64,000 nt of DNA, taken from Spirochaetaceae bacterium (lineage in GTDB: Bacteria > Spirochaetota > Spirochaetia > DSM-2461). This document shows positions 49,932 through 58,264 of the stretch, piece by piece. The first letter of the stretch is position 1. Each line of letters begins with the position of its first letter. The notes under the pieces were generated by a model that worked only from the letters and a program-made list of their open reading frames with translations, searched no databases and had not been told where the DNA came from. The stretch is taken from positions 160,001 to 224,000 of the forward strand of contig JAOPTT010000004.1 of the NCBI GenBank assembly GCA_051531975.1. The letters are read 5' to 3'. The position numbers and the translations under genes were made by a program.

Positions 49932-52061
49932 CTATATTGTTAAAGTTCCTATCTGTTTATACCCACTTGGACTAATAATATTATAATTTATAACTCTAAT
50001 TTCTGTAAAACCTTTTACACCTACTAATACCTCAAATTCCTGGGTATCACCTTTTGTTATAGTAAAAACTACTTCACTATATGTTCCGTCTTTATAATTA
50101 TCTGTTTTACCATCATCATCATATAGAGTATAAGACGCTTTAGATTCTACAAACGCTACGATTTCAATTTCTTTGTTGTTTATAGATTCAACATTTTTAG
50201 CATGGTTACCTATCACTAAAATTTTGTTTTTTCTAATAAACAGTGGAACTTGATGTAAATCGACATTTATATAAGAGTGCCCTTTTTGTATAACTTCAAA
50301 ATCCATCTTTTTATAGTTTGAAGCTTTAGTTAATAACATATCTTCAGGTAAATATACATTTCTTCCTAGATTATTGGCTTTGTAGATAGGTGTTAACATA
50401 ATAGAATCACCTATTAATACCTGATCTTCTATTCGCCTAGAAATGTTATCTATGTATTCAAAAGAGAGTGGTTTTATATAAGATTCACTCTGTATTACAC
50501 TTTTCATGTACTCTGAATATATATATGGAATTAGAGCATATCTTAGTTTTATTGTATCCCTAAGTATATCTGTAGTTTCTGAATCGAAAGAAAATGGTTC
50601 CTGGTTTCTGGTTCCAAGAGCTGCATGGTTTCTAAGTAGTGGAGTAAAGATTCCAAATTGAGTCCACCTGATTGTTAGCTCTGCATTTGCATTACAACCA
50701 AAACCACCAACATCGGCTCCAGAGTATAAAAAGCCAACCATGTTTATAGATGGAAGCATTTTAATATTTAATTCTAAGTGTTCCCACCAAGATTTATTAT
50801 CACCTGTCCATATCCCTCCATATCTATGCATTCCTACTGATGATGCTCTAGAAAAGAGTAAAAACCTTTTGTTAGGGTATAAATCACTCATACTATCGCT
50901 AGCTGCTCTAGTCATATTATATCCATATAAGTTGTGAAGATCGTAGTGGTTAATTAGTTCTCCATCGACATTGTGGTAAAAACTTTTATAGTCATCTATG
51001 TTATTGGATATTTTAGAAAATGTATCCTTAATATCAAAAAAAGAGTAGATATCTAGATTTGTACCTTTTACTTTTTCTAATTTTTTATAAGCTTTTTTAA
51101 TACCTTCTTCAGAGTAGAATATAGCTGGTTCATTCATATCGTTCCAGAAACCCTCAATACCCTGATCTATTAAGAATTTATATTTATCGCCAAACCATTT
51201 TCTACTTTTTGCATTCATGAAATCTGGGAAGTGTACTCTTCCTGGCCATACTGCTCCAACAAATGTCTTGCCTACTTTATCTACACAATAATGTCCCAGT
51301 TCTAATCCTTCATCATAAATGTTATAACCTTCTTCAATTTTGCAGCCTGCATCTATTATTGGTATTAGTCTGAAACCTTTATCTTTTATTGTCTTAACAA
51401 ACTCTGGGAAATTAGGGAATTTATTATTATCGACTGTAAAGTTTTTATAGTTGTCCATGTAGTCTATGTCCATATAGATAGAATCACATGGGATATCTTT
51501 TTCTAAAAATTCATCTGCAATTTTTGTAATTGCCTTCTCATCTGGGTAACTCCAACGACTTTGTTGGAAACCAAATGCCCACTTTGGAGGAACAAAAGAT
51601 AAACCAATAGCTTCTCGGAATTTTTTTACAATAATTTTGGTTGAATCTCCCTCAATTAAATATAAATTCAGGTTAGGATTCTCTGCATAGATTGATATAT
51701 TATCTTTGTCTGTAAAACCAATATCAAAACTAACCATTCCTGGGTGGTCTATGTAAATACCAAAATTTCTCTGCCCATCGATAATAATTAGATTGTGGGC
51801 AGCATATAAAGACTTTTTATCTGGAGTATGATCAAAATCGTCGGTGCAGAAGGATTCATATAGTCCTCCTCTTTTATTTAAACCATTAACATTTTCGCCT
51901 AAACCATAAACAATATCTTTTGGATCCATAGGATAGGTAAGTGTGAAACCGTTTTTTACATCTGTTTTTATATAACTCACAATTTCTTTAGTTTCAATAA
52001 TCTTATCTGTATTAATAATAGCTTCTGTATTAAAAGGCTTTCCAAATATGATCTTCTTCAT
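49932..52061 (-). CDS. GH31 alpha-glucosidase
   Basis: PPKWAFGFQQSRWSY, DIDYM, GFWNDMNEP, WTGDN, GADVGGF, RNH; AGGAG SD. Confidence 0.94.
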   Translation of the reverse strand: MKKIIFGKPFNTEAIINTDKIIETKEIVSYIKTDVKNGFTLTYPMDPKDIVYGLGENVNGLNKRGGLYESFCTDDFDHTPDKKSLYAAHNLIIIDGQRNFGIYIDHPGMVSFDIGFTDKDNISIYAENPNLNLYLIEGDSTKIIVKKFREAIGLSFVPPKWAFGFQQSRWSYPDEKAITKIADEFLEKDIPCDSIYMDIDYMDNYKNFTVDNNKFPNFPEFVKTIKDKGFRLIPIIDAGCKIEEGYNIYDEGLELGHYCVDKVGKTFVGAVWPGRVHFPDFMNAKSRKWFGDKYKFLIDQGIEGFWNDMNEPAIFYSEEGIKKAYKKLEKVKGTNLDIYSFFDIKDTFSKISNNIDDYKSFYHNVDGELINHYDLHNLYGYNMTRAASDSMSDLYPNKRFLLFSRASSVGMHRYGGIWTGDNKSWWEHLELNIKMLPSINMVGFLYSGADVGGFGCNANAELTIRWTQFGIFTPLLRNHAALGTRNQEPFSFDSETTDILRDTIKLRYALIPYIYSEYMKSVIQSESYIKPLSFEYIDNISRRIEDQVLIGDSIMLTPIYKANNLGRNVYLPEDMLLTKASNYKKMDFEVIQKGHSYINVDLHQVPLFIRKNKILVIGNHAKNVESINNKEIEIVAFVESKASYTLYDDDGKTDNYKDGTYSEVVFTITKGDTQEFEVLVGVKGFTEIRVINYNIISPSGYKQIGTLTI

Positions 52062-52213
52062 ATAAAACTCCTATTTATTAATTTAACCCTGTCACTTAAA
52101 TATAACAGAATTCTAATTAAAAAAAACAGGACTTTTAATGTGAACTAAGTATATTGTATTTGAAGTTTTGCTTAATTAAGCATATCCTATTTTAAGTGAG
52201 TAGGAGAAAAAAT

Positions 52214-53131
52214 ATGAATAACATAAAGGTAAAAAATAGCACATTAATTATTCCTGAAATATCATTAGGATGTATGAGAATATCAGATATGGCAATTCCA
52301 GAAGTAAATAAGTTAATAAACAGGTCATTAGATTGTGGTATCAATTTTTTTGATCACGCGGATATTTATGGTGGAGGAAAGTCCGAGGAAGTATTTTCTA
52401 AAGCGATTGGAATGAATGCTGAAATACGAGAAAAGATGATAATTCAATCAAAATGTGGAATCAGAAAAGGTTTTTTTGATTTTTCTAAAGAGCACATCTT
52501 AGATTCTGTTGATGGTATCTTAAAAAGATTAAATACAGAATATTTAGATGTTTTGTTACTGCATAGACCAGATACTTTAGTTGAACCTGAGGAAGTTGGT
52601 GAAGCTTTCGATATTTTAGAGAAGAGTGGTAAAGTTAAAAACTTTGGTGTTAGTAATCAGAATCCAATGCAAATAGAGTTATTAAAAAAATCAGTTAACC
52701 AGAGTTTAATTTTTAATCAGCTACAGCTAAGTATAAAAAGAACAGGAATGATAGATTCTGGTCTAAATGTAAATATGAAAGTTGATAACTCTGTGGATCA
52801 CGATGGAAGCATTTTAGATTATTGCAGATTAAATGATATAACAATCCAAGCATGGTCTCCATTTCAGTTTGGTTTCTTTGAAGGTGTGTTTTTAAATAAT
52901 AGCAAGTTTCCTGAACTTAATATTGTTATTGATAAACTTGCAGATAAATATGCTGTGACAAATTCTGCAATTGCTGTAGCGTGGATTTTACGACATCCTG
53001 CAAAAATACAGACTATAATAGGTACTACAAATGCACAAAGAGTAGAAGATATGAGTAAAGCATCTAATTTTAAATTAACCAGAGAGGAGTGGTATAATAT
53101 TTACACTGCTGCAGGTAATGTATTACCTTAA
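52214..53131 (+). CDS. Aldo/keto reductase (YdhF/YcsN-like)
   Basis: LGCMR, FDHADIYGGG, QSKCGI, LLHRPD, GVSN, QAWSP. Start moved to ATG 52214 after AGGAG. Confidence 0.93.
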   Translation: MNNIKVKNSTLIIPEISLGCMRISDMAIPEVNKLINRSLDCGINFFDHADIYGGGKSEEVFSKAIGMNAEIREKMIIQSKCGIRKGFFDFSKEHILDSVDGILKRLNTEYLDVLLLHRPDTLVEPEEVGEAFDILEKSGKVKNFGVSNQNPMQIELLKKSVNQSLIFNQLQLSIKRTGMIDSGLNVNMKVDNSVDHDGSILDYCRLNDITIQAWSPFQFGFFEGVFLNNSKFPELNIVIDKLADKYAVTNSAIAVAWILRHPAKIQTIIGTTNAQRVEDMSKASNFKLTREEWYNIYTAAGNVLP

Positions 53132-53175
53132 AATTTAAATATTTCAACAACGCTACCATAATTTATAATATCTTT

Positions 53176-53230
53176 AATAGTAGAGTAAGGTTTCTTAATA
53201 AAACATATCAGACTCATTTACTCTGCTATT
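53176..53230. repeat. 13-bp inverted repeat with 29-nt spacer
   Basis: AATAGTAGAGTAA (53176-53188) and TTACTCTGCTATT (53218-53230); the one mismatch would be a G-U pair in plus-strand RNA. Confidence 0.6.
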
Positions 53231-53257
53231 GACTTGTGAGTTTAATTGATATATTTT
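53229..53257 (+). promoter_or_regulatory. Putative sigma70 promoter of the hyd maturation operon
   Basis: TTGACT-N17-TATTTT, or the alternative extended -10 TG-A-TATATT at 53247-53255. Confidence 0.45.
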
Positions 53258-53263
53258 TATTGT

Positions 53264-53337
53264 ATCTGAGTTTTGGCCTAGGCCGGACAAGGATTCTAAA
53301 TCAATCTGAACCTAAGGATTATCTGAAGGTTAAGGAG
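53264..53337 (+). promoter_or_regulatory. Candidate cis-regulatory RNA leader of hydG: three ATCTGA-N-AAGGA(T/G) units
   Basis: ATCTGA-19nt-AAGGAT (53264-53294), ATCTGA-4nt-AAGGAT (53304-53319), ATCTGA-5nt-AAGGAG (53321-53337). The last AAGGAG is the SD. Confidence 0.55.
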
Positions 53338-53342
53338 AAAAT

Positions 53343-54710
53343 ATGTTTCTAGATATAGAAAGACTAAAAAGTCTATCTAACCAAAGTGGTGTATCCCAAG
53401 CTGAACTTGAAAGGGTTTTAAACAAAGCAAAAGAGTTAAAAGGCTTAGATGTAACAGAAGTTGCAATGTTATTAGCCGTAGAGTCAAAAGAACAGATTCA
53501 AATGTTATTAGAAACTGCCGCTGTTGTAAAAAAAGAGATCTATGGAAATAGAATGGTTCTTTTTGCCCCTCTGTACACTGGTAATCATTGTAGTAATAAC
53601 TGCCTATATTGTGGTTTTCGGGCTGCGAACACAGACCTTAAAAGAGTAACTTTAGACAGATCAGATATTATAACAGAGACTGAATCTTTAATAAAAGAAG
53701 GTCATAAAAGAGTTCTTTTATTATGTGGTGAGTCTCATAAAACTCCATTAGATAATACATTAGCTGCATTAGAAGCTGTATATTCTGCTAGGGTTGGAGA
53801 TCAAGGAATCAAAAGAATCAATGTTGAGATCGCTCCATTAGATGTAGATGATTTTAAGAAACTAAAAAAAGCAAATATTGGAACTTATACATGTTTTCAG
53901 GAAACATATGACCCTGAATTATATAAAGAGTATCATCCTACAGGTAAAAAAGCAGACTATGATTATCGTCTTAATGTAATGCACAGAGCAATGGAAGGTG
54001 GAATTGACGATGTAGGTATTGGAGTACTATTTGGTTTAGCAGATTATAAGTTTGAAGTTCTATCAATAATTGAGCATGCTAAAGAGTTGGAAGATAAATA
54101 TGGATGTGGACCACATACAGTAAGTGTTCCAAGAATTGAACCAGCTCCAGGAGCACCTTTAACAGAAAATATACCATTCCCAGTATCAGATGATGATTTT
54201 AGAAAAATAATATCCATAGTTAGAATGGCTATGCCATATACTGGAATAATTTTATCTACCAGAGAGGACCAAGAGTTAAGAACTGAACTTATGAAGTATG
54301 GTGTTTCTCAGGTTTCTGCAGGTTCAAAAACAAGCCCAGGTGGTTATTCTGAATCTAAAGATAATATGCAGTTTAGTTTAGGTGACCACAGAAGTTTAGA
54401 AGAGGTTATCTCAGACATGACGGATGCTGGTTATATTCCTTCTTTCTGTACCGGTTGTTATCGTAAAGGTAGAGTTGGTGGAGACTTTATGGATTTAGCA
54501 AAACCAGGGCTAATTAAAAAATACTGTGTTCCAAATGGTTTAACTAGTTACTCAGAATATTTACACGATTATGCATCGGAAGAGACAAAAGTTAAAGGTT
54601 TAAAACTTATAGCTAAATTAGCAGAAGAGATTCCATTCCCAGATGTTAAAGTTAAAACTAAAGAGAGTTTAGTAGATATTGAGACAGGAACAAGGGATAT
54701 ATATTTATGA
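53343..54710 (+). CDS. hydG: [FeFe]-hydrogenase H-cluster radical SAM maturase HydG
   Basis: LFAPLY...CSNNCLYCGF, FQETY, GPHTVSVPR, PSFCTGCYR...C auxiliary-cluster motif. Confidence 0.96.
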   Translation: MFLDIERLKSLSNQSGVSQAELERVLNKAKELKGLDVTEVAMLLAVESKEQIQMLLETAAVVKKEIYGNRMVLFAPLYTGNHCSNNCLYCGFRAANTDLKRVTLDRSDIITETESLIKEGHKRVLLLCGESHKTPLDNTLAALEAVYSARVGDQGIKRINVEIAPLDVDDFKKLKKANIGTYTCFQETYDPELYKEYHPTGKKADYDYRLNVMHRAMEGGIDDVGIGVLFGLADYKFEVLSIIEHAKELEDKYGCGPHTVSVPRIEPAPGAPLTENIPFPVSDDDFRKIISIVRMAMPYTGIILSTREDQELRTELMKYGVSQVSAGSKTSPGGYSESKDNMQFSLGDHRSLEEVISDMTDAGYIPSFCTGCYRKGRVGGDFMDLAKPGLIKKYCVPNGLTSYSEYLHDYASEETKVKGLKLIAKLAEEIPFPDVKVKTKESLVDIETGTRDIYL

Positions 54711-55723
54711 TAGATAGAAGTATCGATGATATTTTAGAATTATATAACAGACCAGATCCAGCTGATTTAATTCAGGCTGCATGGGATGTTACAACAAAGT
54801 TTCATGGAGATAATGTATATTTACGAGGACTTGTTGAATTTACAAATAAGTGTGTTATTAATTGTGAATATTGTGGTATCAGACGGGGTAATACAAATGT
54901 TAATAGATATAGTTTAGACCAAGAGACTATTGTTAATACTTGCTTAGAAGGTTTTGACAAAGGGCTTAAAACATTTGTTTTACAAGGTGGCGAAGATAAG
55001 GATATATCTGTTACTGATCTTTGTGAAACAGTAAAAGCCATTAAAAAAGCAACTAATGATGAAGCTGCAATAACTCTTAGTTTTGGGGCTAGAACTCTGG
55101 ATGAATACAGGGAAATGAAAGCTGCTGGGGCAGATAGATACCTTTTAAGGTTTGAGACTAGTGATGAAGATCTGTATTTTAAACTTCGAGGTATGCCACT
55201 TTCTGATCGGTTGCAAAATTTAGAAGATATTAGAGAGTCTGGGTTACAAGTTGGTTCAGGTTATATGACTGGATTACCAGGTGAAACAGAAGAGATTCGA
55301 ATAAATAATGCCCTGTTATGTCACAAGTTAAAGCTTGATATGGTGGGTATTGGACCATTTATCCCCTCTGATGAGACTCCATTAAAAGGTTCCCCTCAAG
55401 AACCTATAGATTTCGCTATTAAAGGTACTGCACTTTTAAGACTGTTATTACCTAAAGCACACATTCCTGCAACAACTGCGGCGGGTTCTTTAAAGCCTAC
55501 TGGGCGAGAAGATATGATAAAAGCAGGGGCAAATGTTATGATGCCTAACTTAACACCTATTAGTGTAAAAAAAGATTATCTACTCTATCCGGGTAAAATA
55601 TGTCTAGACGATACAGGAACACAGTGCATCGGTTGTATGGGTATGCGTGTTAAAAGTGTAGGTCGGGAAATAAATTTTTCCAGAGCAGATGCTTTAAGAC
55701 TAGAGGCTGCCCAAAATGGCTGA
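54707..55723 (+). CDS. hydE: [FeFe]-hydrogenase H-cluster radical SAM maturase HydE
   Basis: RGLVEFTNKCVINCEYCGIR, LQGGED, YLLRFET, GIGPFIP, PATTA, GANVMMPN, YLLYPGKIC. Confidence 0.93.
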   Translation: MIDRSIDDILELYNRPDPADLIQAAWDVTTKFHGDNVYLRGLVEFTNKCVINCEYCGIRRGNTNVNRYSLDQETIVNTCLEGFDKGLKTFVLQGGEDKDISVTDLCETVKAIKKATNDEAAITLSFGARTLDEYREMKAAGADRYLLRFETSDEDLYFKLRGMPLSDRLQNLEDIRESGLQVGSGYMTGLPGETEEIRINNALLCHKLKLDMVGIGPFIPSDETPLKGSPQEPIDFAIKGTALLRLLLPKAHIPATTAAGSLKPTGREDMIKAGANVMMPNLTPISVKKDYLLYPGKICLDDTGTQCIGCMGMRVKSVGREINFSRADALRLEAAQNG

Positions 55724-57032
55724 TTTTATTGGTACTGAAACTTCAAAAGCTGTAAATAACTGGGGCCGTAGTTCAACCCCAGAGTGTTTAATAAAAGCTT
55801 ATGCTCAGGTAAAAAAAGCCGCACTTATGGCTATTGCAGAGATAGGGCATTTAGAACACCATTTAGTAATTTTTGAAGTTTTAGATGAGATAATAGAAGG
55901 CAAACATAATAATCTTTTTGTACTTCCACTTAAACAGGGAGGAGCTGGGACCAGTCTGAATATGAATCTGAACGAGGTCATTACCCATTTAGTGAACAGT
56001 AGGGTAGGGGCAAATACATTAGATTCATTAGAGGATATTAACAGATACCAATCAACAAACGATACTTTTAATACTGCTGTAACTATAGTTTTTTTACAGC
56101 ACTTAGATTATATAGAAAAAATGGTTATAGAGCTCCAGGAACTGTTTGTCCAGAAGGAAACTTCATATTCAGATCTTTTGATAACTGGACGAACAGAGAT
56201 GATGGACGCACTACCTATGACATTAGGCCAGGTTTTTTCATCCTATGCAGGTTCTATCCAGAGAGACAGATGGCGGTTTAATAAAATTAAAGAGAGGGTA
56301 AGACCTTCTGTTTTAGGTGGTACAGCAATAGGCACATGTTTTTCTGCACCTGCTAAATATCTATTTGCAGCCGAGAAACATTTACGTGTTATAACTGGGT
56401 TATCTCTTCCTAGAAGTCAGAACCTAACTTCGGATATTTCTATGGCAGATAAGTATGTCGAAGCATCTTCTGTTTACGATACACTGTCTAATTCATTATA
56501 TAAAATTGCATCAGATTTTATTATTTATGCCTCCAAGGGTGAAATTATACATCCAGATCTACAATATGGGTCATCTATTATGCCCCTTAAGAGCAATCCT
56601 GTTTTATTAGAATTTGTAATTGGCTTATGTATAAACATTAGTTTAGAAGCTAGGAAAATTAGTGAATATTCTAGAAATGGACAATTGCAGTTAAATGCTT
56701 TTTTACCATTTATATTAGAAGCTGAGATTTCAATTTTTGAGTCATTAAAAAAAGCTATAGATTCTATTATTTTGTTTGTTAATAACTGTAAAGTTAACGA
56801 TAAAAAAATAACTGAAAACTTATTTAGTTCTAATGCAATAATTAATAGTCTAAGACCCTACTGTAAATATGACCAGCTAAAAAAGCTAGCAGTCACTGTT
56901 TCTGATAAAAGGCCTCAAAACTTAGAAGATTTAATAGCTATAATTCTTAAAAATACAAACTTAGAAGAAGAGTTTTTACACGAGTATCTGAAGCCAGGTG
57001 GTTTTACCAGCTTTTTAAAGGAGAATTTATGA
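55716..57032 (+). CDS. Aspartate ammonia-lyase-like (fumarase/aspartase superfamily) protein
   Basis: QGGAGTSLNMNLNEVI, QSTND, GRTEMMDALPMTLGQ, LGGTAIGT, signature GSSIMPLKSNP, GQLQLNAF. Confidence 0.85.
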   Translation: MADFIGTETSKAVNNWGRSSTPECLIKAYAQVKKAALMAIAEIGHLEHHLVIFEVLDEIIEGKHNNLFVLPLKQGGAGTSLNMNLNEVITHLVNSRVGANTLDSLEDINRYQSTNDTFNTAVTIVFLQHLDYIEKMVIELQELFVQKETSYSDLLITGRTEMMDALPMTLGQVFSSYAGSIQRDRWRFNKIKERVRPSVLGGTAIGTCFSAPAKYLFAAEKHLRVITGLSLPRSQNLTSDISMADKYVEASSVYDTLSNSLYKIASDFIIYASKGEIIHPDLQYGSSIMPLKSNPVLLEFVIGLCINISLEARKISEYSRNGQLQLNAFLPFILEAEISIFESLKKAIDSIILFVNNCKVNDKKITENLFSSNAIINSLRPYCKYDQLKKLAVTVSDKRPQNLEDLIAIILKNTNLEEEFLHEYLKPGGFTSFLKENL

Positions 57033-58219
57033 GTACAGCCCTAGCAGAATCGAAAAGAATAGTTATTACAGGTCTAAGAAATGCAGGTAAAAGTTCTATT
57101 ATGAATAACCTTTTTGAGAGAAACGTATCCATAGTATCTGATACACCTGGAACAACAACAGATCCTGTTACCAGGAAAATAGAGCTTGGTGAATTAGGGC
57201 CATGTGCTATCTCAGATACTGCTGGACTAGATGAATCCGGGGATTTAGGTCTTCAGAGGAAAGATAAAAGTTTAGAGAGATTAAAAACCTCTGATATTGT
57301 AATATTTGTTACAAGAGCAGATACACCAATAAGCCATGACGAGACAAAGATTTTAAATCAGATTGTTTTAGAAAAAAAACCATTTGTATTTGTATTAACA
57401 TGTACAGACTTAAAACATAACCCTGGGAAAACAGAGTGGGCTGGGGATTATAAATATATTGGAACCGATAACAGTGGAGCTGGCTTAAAAGAACTTAAAA
57501 AAAGATTAAGTAATCTAAAGTTAGAAAAAAATCATGAATTAACTCCAGTTGAAGGTTTGGTTTCAGAAGGTGATTTTGTAATATTAGTAACTCCTATAGA
57601 TTTAGCAGCTCCTAAAGGTCGATTAATTATGCCACAAGTAGAAACAATAAGAGACTTGTTGGATAGAGATTGTGCAACCCTAGTTGTTAAAGAGAGGGAG
57701 TTAAAGCAATTTTATGATAATTTAGGTATAAAACCCAAATTAGTAATAACTGATAGCCAAGCATTTGCAGAAGTTGCAGCTGACCTTCCTCCAGATCAAC
57801 CATTAACGTCATTTTCAATTCTATTTGCTAGAAAAAAAGGTGATCTTGGACAATTTATAGAAGGTGTAAACGCTATAGAAAACACTCCTAAAAATGCAAA
57901 AATCCTGGTTATGGAGTCTTGTGCACATCATAAACAGGCTGATGATATAGGAACAGTAAAAATACCTAGACTTTTTAAACAATTAGTAAGACAAGATGTT
58001 ATATTCGATTTCACACGGAAAATGCCCTCGAATGATGAACTAAAAGAGTATTATATGGTTATTCATTGTGGTGGTTGTATGATCACATCTAATGTGATGT
58101 TAGATAGAATGTCTATTGTTAAACAAAACAATACTTACATAACTAACTATGGCCTGTTTTTAGGTTGGGTTAATGGTGTATTACCTAGAGCATTGGAACC
58201 ATTTAAAAAAATTAAATAG
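57029..58219 (+). CDS. hydF: [FeFe]-hydrogenase H-cluster maturation GTPase HydF
   Basis: GLRNAGKSS, GTTTDPV, DTAG, APKGRLIMPQV, ITDSQAF, ESCAHH and HCGGCM Fe-S ligands, TNYG. Confidence 0.96.
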   Translation: MSTALAESKRIVITGLRNAGKSSIMNNLFERNVSIVSDTPGTTTDPVTRKIELGELGPCAISDTAGLDESGDLGLQRKDKSLERLKTSDIVIFVTRADTPISHDETKILNQIVLEKKPFVFVLTCTDLKHNPGKTEWAGDYKYIGTDNSGAGLKELKKRLSNLKLEKNHELTPVEGLVSEGDFVILVTPIDLAAPKGRLIMPQVETIRDLLDRDCATLVVKERELKQFYDNLGIKPKLVITDSQAFAEVAADLPPDQPLTSFSILFARKKGDLGQFIEGVNAIENTPKNAKILVMESCAHHKQADDIGTVKIPRLFKQLVRQDVIFDFTRKMPSNDELKEYYMVIHCGGCMITSNVMLDRMSIVKQNNTYITNYGLFLGWVNGVLPRALEPFKKIK

Positions 58220-58264
58220 ATTGATTTTTGCATTGGTTTCACTATACTAATAATAGGAGTTCCA

